The notes: a model not told the origin generated them from the letters alone. Positions 1-10,342 are shown, counted from the first letter of the stretch. The stretch is DNA of 23,741 bases from Armatimonadota bacterium (GCA_038207085.1 JBBRAE010000040.1:1-23741), one strand, 5' to 3'. Made by a program: numbers and translations.

Positions 1-351
1 ACGCTTGGCACGCTCCCGCTTTCCATGCACTATTTCAACCAGCTCTCGCTCGTCTCTATAGTCGTGAACGTAATAGTAGCCTCCGCAGTGCTCCCGATCT
101 TCATAATCGGCTGCCTGATACCTGTATTCTCGCACGTCCCATTGCTCGGCGACATCCTAGCGTTCTCGGGGACGATGATCACCCGCTTCGCGCTTTCCGC
201 GATCAACTGGTTCGGGGAGCTCCCTGGAAGCTGCCTAAACGTGCCCTCCCCCGGCGCCGTCGGGGTCATCGGCTACTACATGCTTCTTGCCATAGGACTA
301 AGATATGCAAGTTCGAGAGTTTCTGAAAAACCGACCAAGAGCAGCCCTTAG
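1..351 (+). CDS. comEC: ComEC/Rec2 competence membrane domain, C-terminal part (5'-truncated by window edge)
   Basis: The frame is open from base 1 (TLGTLPLSMHYFNQLSLVSIVVNVI...), matching the 'P+...F..+S++.++.N++' end of the Competence domain. Hydrophobic helices end in '..P......GYY'. Confidence 0.85.
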   Translation, partial: TLGTLPLSMHYFNQLSLVSIVVNVIVASAVLPIFIIGCLIPVFSHVPLLGDILAFSGTMITRFALSAINWFGELPGSCLNVPSPGAVGVIGYYMLLAIGLRYASSRVSEKPTKSSP

Positions 352-1207
352 CCTCGCAGCCCTTGTGGTGGCGCTAGTCTGGGCGTGGGCGATCTGGCCG
401 AGGCCGCCAGTTATGACCGTCGCCTTCCTCTCAGTGGGGCAAGGCGACGCAGCCGTCATTCGCACGCCTTCGGGCAAGACGGTGCTGATCGACGCCGGTC
501 CCTGCGAGACCCCAAGAGGTGGCTTCGACGCCGGCACGAAGGTCGTCGTCCCCTACCTGCGCCGTCAGGGGGTAAACAGCATAGACACCTTCATCCTGAG
601 CCACGCCCACGAGGATCACATCGGCGGCGCTGAGGCCGTGCTCCACAACTTCAGGGTAAAAAGCGTAGTCGACTCAGGTCTCGCCGAGCCTTCTGGGGTC
701 TACCGCGACCTACTCGGCAGTATCCGTGACCAGAAGATCACCTACCGGCGAGTCCGCCGCGGCCACGTGATAGATATGAACGACGGGGTAGTGATAGAGG
801 TAGTCTCGCCTCCCGCAGGACTTTCACCCCAGGAAGGCGACTCAGGGCTAAACAACACGTCGCTTGTGCTCAGAGTGCGCTACGGACGAGTAAGAATGCT
901 TTTTGCAGGCGACGCTGAACAGGGAGAAGAAGAGGAAATGCTTTCAAGCAGCGAGGCGATCAGGTGTGACGTGCTGAAAGTCCCCCACCACGGAAGCGCG
1001 CAGGGAACGACCTCGGAATGGCTCGCCGCAATGGACCCCAAAACGGCGATAATCTCAGTCGGATGGCGCAACCAGTTCGGCCACCCCGCCAAGTCCACAG
1101 TCGAGCGCCTGAAAACCGCCGGAATCGACACCTACCGCACCGACCAAAACGGCACAGTCACCGTCTCAACCGACGGCCAAAGGATCAGCGTAAAAACCAG
1201 CCGTTAG
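305..1207 (+). CDS. comEC: ComEC-type metallo-beta-lactamase-fold nuclease domain (separate ORF)
   Basis: Motifs VGQGDA, LIDAG, SHAHEDHIGG, NNTSLVL, LFAGD, KVPHHGS, ISVG..N.FGHP and RTDQNGTV. N-terminal TM helix; AGGA 7 nt before the ATG. Confidence 0.9.
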   Translation: MQVREFLKNRPRAALSLAALVVALVWAWAIWPRPPVMTVAFLSVGQGDAAVIRTPSGKTVLIDAGPCETPRGGFDAGTKVVVPYLRRQGVNSIDTFILSHAHEDHIGGAEAVLHNFRVKSVVDSGLAEPSGVYRDLLGSIRDQKITYRRVRRGHVIDMNDGVVIEVVSPPAGLSPQEGDSGLNNTSLVLRVRYGRVRMLFAGDAEQGEEEEMLSSSEAIRCDVLKVPHHGSAQGTTSEWLAAMDPKTAIISVGWRNQFGHPAKSTVERLKTAGIDTYRTDQNGTVTVSTDGQRISVKTSR

Positions 1208-1211
1208 CCCG

Positions 1212-2156
1212 TTACTTCTTCGCTGCGTTCTGGCTCTTGGCGCAGTAGTATGAAAGCGCCAGCAGTTCCCCGCCGATATCCACGTTTCGCACTGTGATAT
1301 GCTCAGGAAGAGCAAGAAGCGACGAGGTCATGTTAAGAATCGCCGTAACCCCAGATCTTGTCAGCGTATTTGCGACCTTTTGCGCTTCATCAGGATCAAG
1401 CGCAAGCACCGCAAGATCAATTGACATATCTTCAAGCACCGCCGCGAGGTTCTCCAAAGGCTGCACATCCACGCCGCCGATGTTCGCGCCGACCTCACTT
1501 GGGTCCAAGTCAAGCACTGCAACCAGATGACAATTGTGCTGACACACCCGCTCGAGCTCAGGAAGATGTTCGCGCAGCTTGCGTGCGCCGACCCAGAGCA
1601 CGTGGCGCGTCTCGTTCAGCTTCAGGATATCGAGAATCTTCTTGCGCAGATATTTCACATCGTAACCAAGGCTCGGGGTTCCAAACTCACCGAACCTTGA
1701 GAGGTCTTTTCTGATAAGCGGAGCCTTGACCCCAACCCGCTGGGCAAGCTGCCATGAGGAAACCGAGCCGATCCCCTGCTCAAGGAACAGGTCGAGCGCA
1801 GTGAGATACCACCTGACCCGGTCAATTGTCCGGTCAGATATCTTTTCACAGTCCTCCACCGCGCATTTGTCGTGCTCTCCAACCGCGCGAGCGAGTCTAC
1901 CGGCCCACCACCTGCGGTTCTCGAACTTGCCGCGAAGCGGACAAATGGTATCCGTCCCCCTGCTGAACTCACAAGACGCCTGGCTGCAATCCCCGCATTT
2001 CTCGATCCCTTTGTCCGCAGCACACTTGAATATGCCGCACACATCCAGCCCACGTTTCTCCAGGTAGCCATTCCCCTCAGGACACCCCGGACAACGAGCG
2101 GCAGTGTAGTGATCGCAACTGTTGCAGTCAAATACTTCGCACGGTGTGATAATCAT
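1212..2156 (-). CDS. rex: Rex-family transcriptional regulator with N-terminal Cys-rich (DUF3795-like) domain
   Basis: Rex wHTH signature VSSWQLA...IRKDLSRFGEFG....GYDV followed by a CoA-binding-like Rossmann region. The start is placed at ATG 2156 (GGAG upstream) rather than 2234. There are 11 Cys in the first 72 aa. Confidence 0.85.
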   Translation of the reverse strand: MIITPCEVFDCNSCDHYTAARCPGCPEGNGYLEKRGLDVCGIFKCAADKGIEKCGDCSQASCEFSRGTDTICPLRGKFENRRWWAGRLARAVGEHDKCAVEDCEKISDRTIDRVRWYLTALDLFLEQGIGSVSSWQLAQRVGVKAPLIRKDLSRFGEFGTPSLGYDVKYLRKKILDILKLNETRHVLWVGARKLREHLPELERVCQHNCHLVAVLDLDPSEVGANIGGVDVQPLENLAAVLEDMSIDLAVLALDPDEAQKVANTLTRSGVTAILNMTSSLLALPEHITVRNVDIGGELLALSYYCAKSQNAAKK

Positions 2157-2440
2157 TTTTCTCCAATTTTCCTCATCTGATTCAAGGACGATACAGCCAG
2201 TATCCCCTAACCCCTTAATTTGGTTGACGAACAAATCGGGTAAAAGTAGGCAGGATGCGCTTTCCTACCATAACCATAATACGCCTATAGTCATTAACAC
2301 GCTGTTAGACTACGCTTAAGTCCATCTTAAATATAATACAAGTATTTCGTAATTACCAGCAAGAGTCAACAACACACCTGTTCTGCCCCATGACTTTCAT
2401 AACTGGCCTGCAAAAAATCTCTACCAGAGTCAAAAATACA

Positions 2441-2461
2441 CTTGATAGAACTACACTCAAG
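2441..2461. promoter_or_regulatory. HAIR operator (HspR-associated inverted repeat)
   Basis: CTTGATA-N7-ACTCAAG versus consensus CTTGAGT-N7-ACTCAAG. It overlaps the dnaK promoter, and hspR lies at the end of the operon. Confidence 0.85.
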
Positions 2462-2470
2462 TGGTATAAT
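2442..2470 (+). promoter_or_regulatory. sigma70/sigA promoter of the dnaK operon
   Basis: TTGATA (2442-2447), 17-bp spacer, TG-extended TATAAT (2465-2470). Confidence 0.85.
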
Positions 2471-2495
2471 TCTCGTGGACTTAGGGTATACTTGA

Positions 2496-4391
<1,896 letters not shown>

Positions 4392-4398
4392 GCCTGTA

Positions 4399-4427
4399 TG
4401 GGCATCGATAATCGTTATCGATGCCCA
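4399..4427. terminator. Perfect 13-bp stem hairpin after dnaK (terminator, mRNA stabiliser or REP-like)
   Basis: TGGGCATCGATAA-tcg-TTATCGATGCCCA; no U-tract. Confidence 0.5.
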
Positions 4428-4429
4428 CC

Positions 4430-4455
4430 GTAGGGGCGGACCAATGTGTCCGCCC
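4430..4455 (+). repeat. GTAG-type REP element, copy 1
   Basis: GTAGGGGCGGACCAATGTGTCCGCCC: GTAG tetranucleotide plus a GGGCGGAC/GTCCGCCC stem; recurs at 6368 and 19525. Confidence 0.8.
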
Positions 4456-4517
4456 TCTTACGGCTACGCAAAATCAACAACTCAAAAACCCAATCAGATA
4501 ATGGAGGGACTAGACAA

Positions 4518-4952
4518 ATGGTTATTGCACGATGGGATCCTTATAGAGACCTCGAAGAGCTGCAGGACCGTGTAAACCGGCTCTTCCAGGAAAGAATGGG
4601 CCGCAGCGCGGAGACACGCGAGCGGACTTGGGCTCCTGTGGTAGACGTTTACGAAGACGCGGACAGCATTGTCCTGCAAGCTGAGCTTCCGGGGATGACC
4701 CGCGAAGAGATCGACATCGAGCTCACAAGCGAGTCGCTGACAATCCGAGGTGAGCGTAAGTTCCTGCCGGAAGAGGGCAAAAACTACGTAAGAGTAGAGC
4801 GCCCCTATGGGCCGTTTGCAAGAACTTTCGCCGTAAACACGCCGATAAACATGCAGGGCGTCAAGGCAAGCTATAAGGACGGCGTCCTAGAGATCGTCGT
4901 CCCCAAATCCGAAGACACCAGACCAAAGAAAGTCGAAGTCGCGGTAGAATAG
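4518..4952 (+). CDS. Small heat shock protein (Hsp20/alpha-crystallin family)
   Basis: MVIARWDPYRDL start with GGAGG RBS; motifs P.VDVYE, AELPG, ERPYGPFAR.F and ASYKDGVLEI, ending in a V-x-V C-terminal motif. Confidence 0.95.
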   Translation: MVIARWDPYRDLEELQDRVNRLFQERMGRSAETRERTWAPVVDVYEDADSIVLQAELPGMTREEIDIELTSESLTIRGERKFLPEEGKNYVRVERPYGPFARTFAVNTPINMQGVKASYKDGVLEIVVPKSEDTRPKKVEVAVE

Positions 4953-4963
4953 GTCATTCACAA

Positions 4964-4995
4964 GTAATAGGTAGCAGAATGTTGCTACCTATTAC
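4964..4995. terminator. Perfect 13-bp stem hairpin between hsp20 and dnaJ
   Basis: GTAATAGGTAGCA-gaatgt-TGCTACCTATTAC. Confidence 0.5.
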
Positions 4996-4997
4996 CG

Positions 4998-5030
4998 ACT
5001 CTGAACTCTGCACTTTGAGCTCTGAACTGA
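4998..5030. repeat. Degenerate heptamer tandem repeat
   Basis: ACTCTGA ACTCTGC ACTTTGA GCTCTGA ACTGA. Confidence 0.6.
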
Positions 5031-5037
5031 AAATATA

Positions 5038-5961
5038 ATGGCTACTGATTACAAGGACTATTACAAAATACTCGGGGTAGAGCGAAACGCTGCTGAGAAA
5101 GACATCAAGTCGGCGTATCGCAAGCTTGCGCGCAAGTATCACCCGGACGTCAACCCCAACGACAAGTCGTCGGAGGAGAAGTTCAAGGACATCAGTGAAG
5201 CCTACGAGGTGCTTTCTGATAAGGACAAGCGCCAGAAGTACGACCAGTTCGGCCAGTACTGGCAGCAGGCAGGACAGGCAGGCGCGCAGCCACCTCCGGG
5301 ATGGGGCCAGGGAGCTGGCGGGATGAACTTTGAATATGGCCCAGGCGACGTCGGCGGTGGCGGGTTTGGCGACATCTTCGACCTGCTATTCAGCGGCGGC
5401 CAGCAGAAAGCCGGCGGCGGACGAAACAACCGCGCGCGCGGCTGGACACCGGCAAAAGGCCGCGACGTAGAGTCTGAGATCGAAGTCACGCTCGAAGAAG
5501 CCTACAAAGGCGCCACCCGAGCATTCACGATCAACGGACGCCGCGTCGAAGTAAAAATCCCCGCAGGCGTCAAAGATGGATCTCGCATAAGGCTTGCCGG
5601 TCAGGGCGAACCCGGCCAGGGCAGCGAAAAAGGCGACCTCTTTCTAGTAGTCAAGATGCGACCCAACCCGGCCTACGAGCGTAAAGACAGCGACCTCTAC
5701 ACCGACGTCGCCGTCCCGTATACTCTGGCGGCGCTTGGCGGTGAGGTCCAGGTACAGACGCTTGGCGGCAGAGTGACGATGAAGGTTCCGCCGGGCACAT
5801 CGAGCGGGCAAGCGTTCCGACTCGCCGGAATGGGGATGTCGCACCTCCGAGGCGGAGGAAAAGGCGACCTCTACGCAAGAGTAAAGATCACCGTGCCGAA
5901 AACCCTTACCGAGCGCGAAAAGGAGCTCCTCGGCGAGCTCGCCGCGCTGCGGTCCGGTTAG
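5038..5961 (+). CDS. dnaJ: Class II J-domain protein (DnaJ/CbpA-like, no zinc finger)
   Basis: DYY.ILGV, KYHPDVN, a G/F-rich region and the C-terminal DnaJ_C domain; no CxxCxGxG repeats. Confidence 0.93.
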   Translation: MATDYKDYYKILGVERNAAEKDIKSAYRKLARKYHPDVNPNDKSSEEKFKDISEAYEVLSDKDKRQKYDQFGQYWQQAGQAGAQPPPGWGQGAGGMNFEYGPGDVGGGGFGDIFDLLFSGGQQKAGGGRNNRARGWTPAKGRDVESEIEVTLEEAYKGATRAFTINGRRVEVKIPAGVKDGSRIRLAGQGEPGQGSEKGDLFLVVKMRPNPAYERKDSDLYTDVAVPYTLAALGGEVQVQTLGGRVTMKVPPGTSSGQAFRLAGMGMSHLRGGGKGDLYARVKITVPKTLTEREKELLGELAALRSG

Positions 5962-5975
5962 AGAGGTGAGATGCT

Positions 5976-6323
5976 ATGCCACCTGTTGATAGAAACGAAC
6001 CTGTCTATATGATAGGAGTTGCCGCAAGGCTCTGCGCGATGCACCCGCAAACGCTGCGACTATATGAGCGGCTGGGTTTGATCCGTCCAAGCCGAATATG
6101 CGCGAAGAACCGCCTGTATTCGCAGGCCGACATCGAACGTCTGCTGCAAATACAGCGTCTCACGCACGATCTCGGCGTCAACCTTGCCGGAGTCGAGGTG
6201 ATACTGGACCTCCTCGACAAGATATCAAGGATGCAGGACGAGATGGATCACAGAATAGAAGATTTGCGCCGCGAAATGGAAATAGAGTTCACCCGCCGTC
6301 TGCGGGAAATGCAGGGCCGATAA
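5976..6323 (+). CDS. hspR: Heat-shock repressor HspR (MerR family)
   Basis: PVYMIGVAA...MHPQTLRLYERLGL..P.R....RLYS..DIERL..IQRLT.DLGVNLAGV; located after dnaJ, with a HAIR site upstream of the operon. Confidence 0.9.
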   Translation: MPPVDRNEPVYMIGVAARLCAMHPQTLRLYERLGLIRPSRICAKNRLYSQADIERLLQIQRLTHDLGVNLAGVEVILDLLDKISRMQDEMDHRIEDLRREMEIEFTRRLREMQGR

Positions 6324-6367
6324 CTCACGGGCGAACGTGTTGGCTCGCCAATATCCCACATATTCCC

Positions 6368-6393
6368 GTAGTGGCGGACCAATAGGTCCGCCC
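6368..6393 (+). repeat. GTAG-type REP element, copy 2
   Basis: GTAGTGGCGGACCAATAGGTCCGCCC between convergent genes. Confidence 0.75.
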
Positions 6394-6409
6394 TATTAAC
6401 TCCGATCCC

Positions 6410-7024
6410 CTACTTCGACGCCGCCTCAGGCTCTTCAACAAACCATTTGCATTCAACCACCACGGGCTCGTATGACTCAATATAATCAAGCGCCTCTATC
6501 ACCGAACTGCTTACATGAAATAGCGCGATCGTATCAGCTTTGGCAAACCGCTCGGACACAGCGTGCTCAAAGAGCGAGATCAGCGGGTCATAGTATCCCC
6601 CGGAGTTAAGTATCACAACCGGTTTATCATGATAATGAAGTTGCTTCAGCGTAATGATCTCAAGCAGCTCTTCAAAAGTCCCAAGTCCCCCCGGAAGCGC
6701 GATAAAAGCGTCAGAGTTCTCCTCCATAATCGCCTTACGCTGACGCATGGTTTCAGTAACGATCAGCTCGTCGACCCCGTCCCATCCCACGCCTTCTATC
6801 AAGTTCAGCGCGTGAGGAATCACCCCCGTGACAACCCCGCCGCCGTCCTGCACCGCGTGCGCGACGATCCCCATCGACCCGATATCCCCGCCCCCATACA
6901 CAAGCCCATACCCACGCCGTGCCATCTCCTCCCCAAGCACCCGAGCCTCCTCAAAGTGAGCCGAATCAATCACATTGCTCGAAGAACAATAAACGCAAAT
7001 CTTCTTCACATTGTCTCTATTCAT
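6410..7024 (-). CDS. LOG family nucleotide 5'-monophosphate phosphoribohydrolase (TIGR00730-like)
   Basis: Motifs ICVYCSS, LVYGGG..GSMG, M..RK..M and PGGLGTFEE. The start is uncertain; ATG 7024 was chosen. Confidence 0.92.
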   Translation of the reverse strand: MNRDNVKKICVYCSSSNVIDSAHFEEARVLGEEMARRGYGLVYGGGDIGSMGIVAHAVQDGGGVVTGVIPHALNLIEGVGWDGVDELIVTETMRQRKAIMEENSDAFIALPGGLGTFEELLEIITLKQLHYHDKPVVILNSGGYYDPLISLFEHAVSERFAKADTIALFHVSSSVIEALDYIESYEPVVVECKWFVEEPEAASK

Positions 7025-7243
7025 AGCGCAAATCATACAAGGCGCGAGCACCGCTATCACCAATCATACGACTTGCCGCTAACTCGGCGCTAATGCGCCT
7101 TACTTTCACCGATGGAGAAAAGCGGCGTTCGCGCGCCGCACTCCAAACTTGCCTGGCCGCTGCCGCCAAAGTCTATATGCACCCCGTGCCCGAGATTCTC
7201 ACACAACAACATGGGCGGCGACTGAAGAACCCAACCACTACAC

Positions 7244-7276
7244 TTATGTTAACTCACGTTGTATATTATGTTACTT
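7244..7276 (+). other. Tandem dif-like XerD half-sites
   Basis: TTATGTTAACT (7244-7254) and TGTATA-TTATGTTACTT (7260-7276); no recognisable XerC arm. Confidence 0.45.
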
Positions 7277-8122
7277 TAGAAACTTCCCCAGCCTCGAAGA
7301 CACGTCCTGCGCGAACCTCTGAATATAACCATCCACATAGCCTGCGATGTCCCGCGTCGGGTCCATCATAAGCGGCGTCAAATCCATCGCAAACGCAAGC
7401 TGACCAGTCGAATCGGTCCCGTGCGATGCATAATAGGTCGCATAAGAGCGCCTTCGCCCAAGAGTAGCCAGGTCATACCGCTTGCCGCCGCAGATCTGGG
7501 AATCAAACACGCCAAGCAGCGCCGAAGCCAGGTTCTCGTGGGAATCGACGTCAAAAATCACCTTGTCCTCGTCGTTCACCCAGTCGAGCCCCCGCCACAC
7601 CTCGCAGCCGTAGAGCTTCTTAGGTCTTGCCTCAGGAGAAAGCCTGCGGGCCGCCTCGATCACCTTCACGGCGACCCCGACATGCGTGTCATGCTTATCG
7701 GCCAAATTGTGAGTGTGGACGATATCCGGCCGCGCCGCCTCAAGCAGCCGAACGAGTTCATCGACAACATCGGTGTTCGCCGGGTCTTTCACCTCAGAGC
7801 TTGTGTAGTCAAGCATCGCCTGCGCGGCATATTCGCCAACAAACGCAGCCTTTCGCTGCTCGACCTTACGCACCTCGCGCATCTCATCGTCACTAAAGCT
7901 AGCATAGAGATCATCTCTTGGGCTCCCTGCGCCGTTTGTCACAACCACCCCTGAGTACCAGGCATCGTCCCGACCAAAGCACTGCAAAATCCCGTGAAAC
8001 GACATAATCTCAAGATCATCATGGTGAGCGGCGATCCCCATCTGTGTTGTTCTTGCAAGCGACTGAGATACTTCCAGGCCATCCGGCACATAAATCTCAG
8101 CGCCGGGCTTAAAGAGCTTCAT
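7271..8122 (-). CDS. PIG-L/LmbE-family de-N-acetylase
   Basis: AHHDDLE and HDTH metal motifs, VVTNG, and R..EQ..AA. Start ATG 8122 after GGAGG. Confidence 0.85.
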   Translation of the reverse strand: MKLFKPGAEIYVPDGLEVSQSLARTTQMGIAAHHDDLEIMSFHGILQCFGRDDAWYSGVVVTNGAGSPRDDLYASFSDDEMREVRKVEQRKAAFVGEYAAQAMLDYTSSEVKDPANTDVVDELVRLLEAARPDIVHTHNLADKHDTHVGVAVKVIEAARRLSPEARPKKLYGCEVWRGLDWVNDEDKVIFDVDSHENLASALLGVFDSQICGGKRYDLATLGRRRSYATYYASHGTDSTGQLAFAMDLTPLMMDPTRDIAGYVDGYIQRFAQDVSSRLGKFLK

Positions 8123-8134
8123 CAATTCCTCCAA

Positions 8135-9541
8135 TCACTTCTTTTCGATCGCGGGAAGGCTAGCGGCTGCGACGGCCTGACCGACTCTGCGACTCGACTC
8201 ATCCTCCGGCAAGTGTATCTGCACCCGGGCAAAAAGATCAGGGAACTCGGTCCTAAGAACCTCACGAGCCCGCTCGATCACGATACTTCCCCCACTCCCG
8301 CTAGTCACGCGCCCGAGGATGAGCAAATGCCGAAGCTCATAGAAATCGGCATAGTGCGCAATCCCATAGCCCAGATAAGTCCCGATAGTCTCCCAAATCT
8401 CCCTAGCGCCCTTGTCGCCCGATTCAAGTTTGTCCTGAACCGACTTCAGCTTTCCAGCAAGCGTAAGCGACTGATCAAGCTCGATCCCAGCCTTGGACGC
8501 AAGCCTGAACACGCACTGCTGCGAGAAGTAAAGCGCACCGACTCCCCTATCCCCCGACCATTCATCGACAGGCCCCTCAGGGTTCGCGTCCACCGGAACA
8601 AACGCAAGCTCGTTCAGCCAACCAGTTATGTTACCTTCAGGAGTAACAAACCCCGCCGCCTCACTCGACCCCATAGCAACCCCGAGCACAGCGTCGTCAC
8701 CAAGCGACATAGCCCCGGCAAGCGCCGTAACCTCACCATCGTTAACAACTTCAAAAGGAATCCCACCCCACTCCTTCTTCAGGTCGATAAAGAGGTTCCG
8801 CACGGTAGACCTAAACTCATCTTTGGGAACACCTCTAAAGAGCGACGCCACCATAACACGATTGTTTATGTAAACTCCGGCTGAACTCCCTCCGATCGCA
8901 TCAACCCTCGGCATATACGACGCAGCCTTCTTAAGCGCCGCCATAACCTCATCGTGATGATACTTGGCATCGGTCTGGTTTCTCGGGTCCCAAACGATCT
9001 CTTCACAGTAGACCGCCTCGCCGTCGATCACCGCCGCGACCTTCCTGTCGCTTGCGCCGAGGTCAAAACCGATCCTGCAGCCGTCGAGATGCCGCCCAAG
9101 CGCCACCGTCTCTTCCTTGCACTCCGGCACACCTTCAGGAGAGGTAACTTCGACCTCAAAGGTCTTCTCATACACCCCACCCATAAACTCGGCGTCAAAC
9201 GCGCGCGCGCCGGTTGGGGAGTAGGTGTCCTTTATATACTCGCCGACCTCTTTCGGTCCGCCGACATACACCTTCCAACCGCCTCTCTGCCAAAGGAGCA
9301 CCTTTACGAGGCGCTCGACGTAACGGCAGTTGGCGTCCATCTCTGCCGGGTCGCCTGAGACGATGGTTTCATAGGTCGAAACAGAGCCGTCGCCTCGTTC
9401 AAGCCCAATCACAAGCGGAACAGCCATACCGGAGGCTTTTACTGTCTCGCGAAACACACGGTTAGCAAGAACAAGCGGACGAAAATCGGGGTCAAGCGGT
9501 GGTACGATGCCTGGCCTTGCGGCATCGATAAAGTCGGTCAT
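8135..9541 (-). CDS. ROK-family sugar kinase with N-terminal extension
   Basis: Motifs IGFDLGASDRK, VVNDGEVTALAG, AMGSSEAAGF and NELAF; C-terminal GQAVAAA. Confidence 0.8.
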   Translation of the reverse strand: MTDFIDAARPGIVPPLDPDFRPLVLANRVFRETVKASGMAVPLVIGLERGDGSVSTYETIVSGDPAEMDANCRYVERLVKVLLWQRGGWKVYVGGPKEVGEYIKDTYSPTGARAFDAEFMGGVYEKTFEVEVTSPEGVPECKEETVALGRHLDGCRIGFDLGASDRKVAAVIDGEAVYCEEIVWDPRNQTDAKYHHDEVMAALKKAASYMPRVDAIGGSSAGVYINNRVMVASLFRGVPKDEFRSTVRNLFIDLKKEWGGIPFEVVNDGEVTALAGAMSLGDDAVLGVAMGSSEAAGFVTPEGNITGWLNELAFVPVDANPEGPVDEWSGDRGVGALYFSQQCVFRLASKAGIELDQSLTLAGKLKSVQDKLESGDKGAREIWETIGTYLGYGIAHYADFYELRHLLILGRVTSGSGGSIVIERAREVLRTEFPDLFARVQIHLPEDESSRRVGQAVAAASLPAIEKK

Positions 9542-9664
9542 CTGATTCCTCTCTTACGTTAAAAAATGCTCAATTGCAGTAGCTTCTTCCAAACACAATT
9601 CTATGCCCATAAGGCTGCGCTGTCAATGCTTAGCGATCTAGCCCAACTCAATATTTGCGACTAT

Positions 9665-9694
9665 TTGACGAACCCCCCGTTCGCTTGCTAAACT
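9665..9694 (+). promoter_or_regulatory. Putative promoter of purO
   Basis: TTGACG, 18-bp spacer, TG-extended TAAACT; AGGAGG RBS downstream. Confidence 0.45.
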
Positions 9695-9722
9695 GACCGT
9701 GTAAACACTTCAGGAGGAACCT

Positions 9723-10325
9723 ATGTACGTAGGAAGAATAGTAGTAGTCGGCAAGACAGACAAGCCCGCGGTAGCCTACCGCGTTTCATCGCGCTCGTTC
9801 CCGAACCGCGTCGCGCACATCACCGACGTAGGCATCGCTATCCAGCCGCTCGACCCGTCGGATATGGAGAAGAACCCCTACATCGCCTACAACGCGATCC
9901 GGGTCTCCAAGAACGGCATCGTAGTCACCAACGGCAGCCACACCGACCCGATCTTTGAAGAGCTTGAGAAGGGCACGTCCCCAGAAGAAGCACTTAGGAA
10001 GGTCCTGGAAGAGATGGGCTACGAGCGAGACCAGCTAAACACCCCAAGAATCGCCGGAATAGTAACCGAAACCCGTGGCTACCTCGGCATAGTCCGTGAC
10101 GACGGCCTTGAAGTCGAAGGCTTTGATCTAAAAGACAAGACCTGCCGAGTCATCTGCACCTACGAGATGGACCACCTCGACGGCAAAGAATACCCCTTCT
10201 GCGGCCCAACCGCAGCCGACGCCGCCAAATACGTAGTAGACGGCGGAATGTTCGAGACGCTAGAACTCCCCGTCTGCGCCGGAGCTTGGATCGACGAACT
10301 AGCAGTCTACAACCCGCACGAGTAG
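9723..10325 (+). CDS. purO: Archaeal-type IMP cyclohydrolase
   Basis: N-terminus MYVGRIVVVG...AYRVSSRSFPNR, plus NPYIAYN, VTNGSHTD and YERD..NTPRIAG, all PurO hallmarks. Confidence 0.9.
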   Translation: MYVGRIVVVGKTDKPAVAYRVSSRSFPNRVAHITDVGIAIQPLDPSDMEKNPYIAYNAIRVSKNGIVVTNGSHTDPIFEELEKGTSPEEALRKVLEEMGYERDQLNTPRIAGIVTETRGYLGIVRDDGLEVEGFDLKDKTCRVICTYEMDHLDGKEYPFCGPTAADAAKYVVDGGMFETLELPVCAGAWIDELAVYNPHE

Positions 10326-10342
10326 GAAGATTTATCGGCTAT

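Noticed and set aside
7118..7147. AAAAGCGGCG...CGCCGCACTCCAAA palindrome resembling a REP
   Set aside because: Single copy in the window; cannot be distinguished from an ordinary hairpin.
7994..8884. 296-aa plus-strand ORF and similar overlapping ORFs (e.g. 21498-22259, 18940-19584)
   Set aside because: Antisense shadows of well-supported genes.
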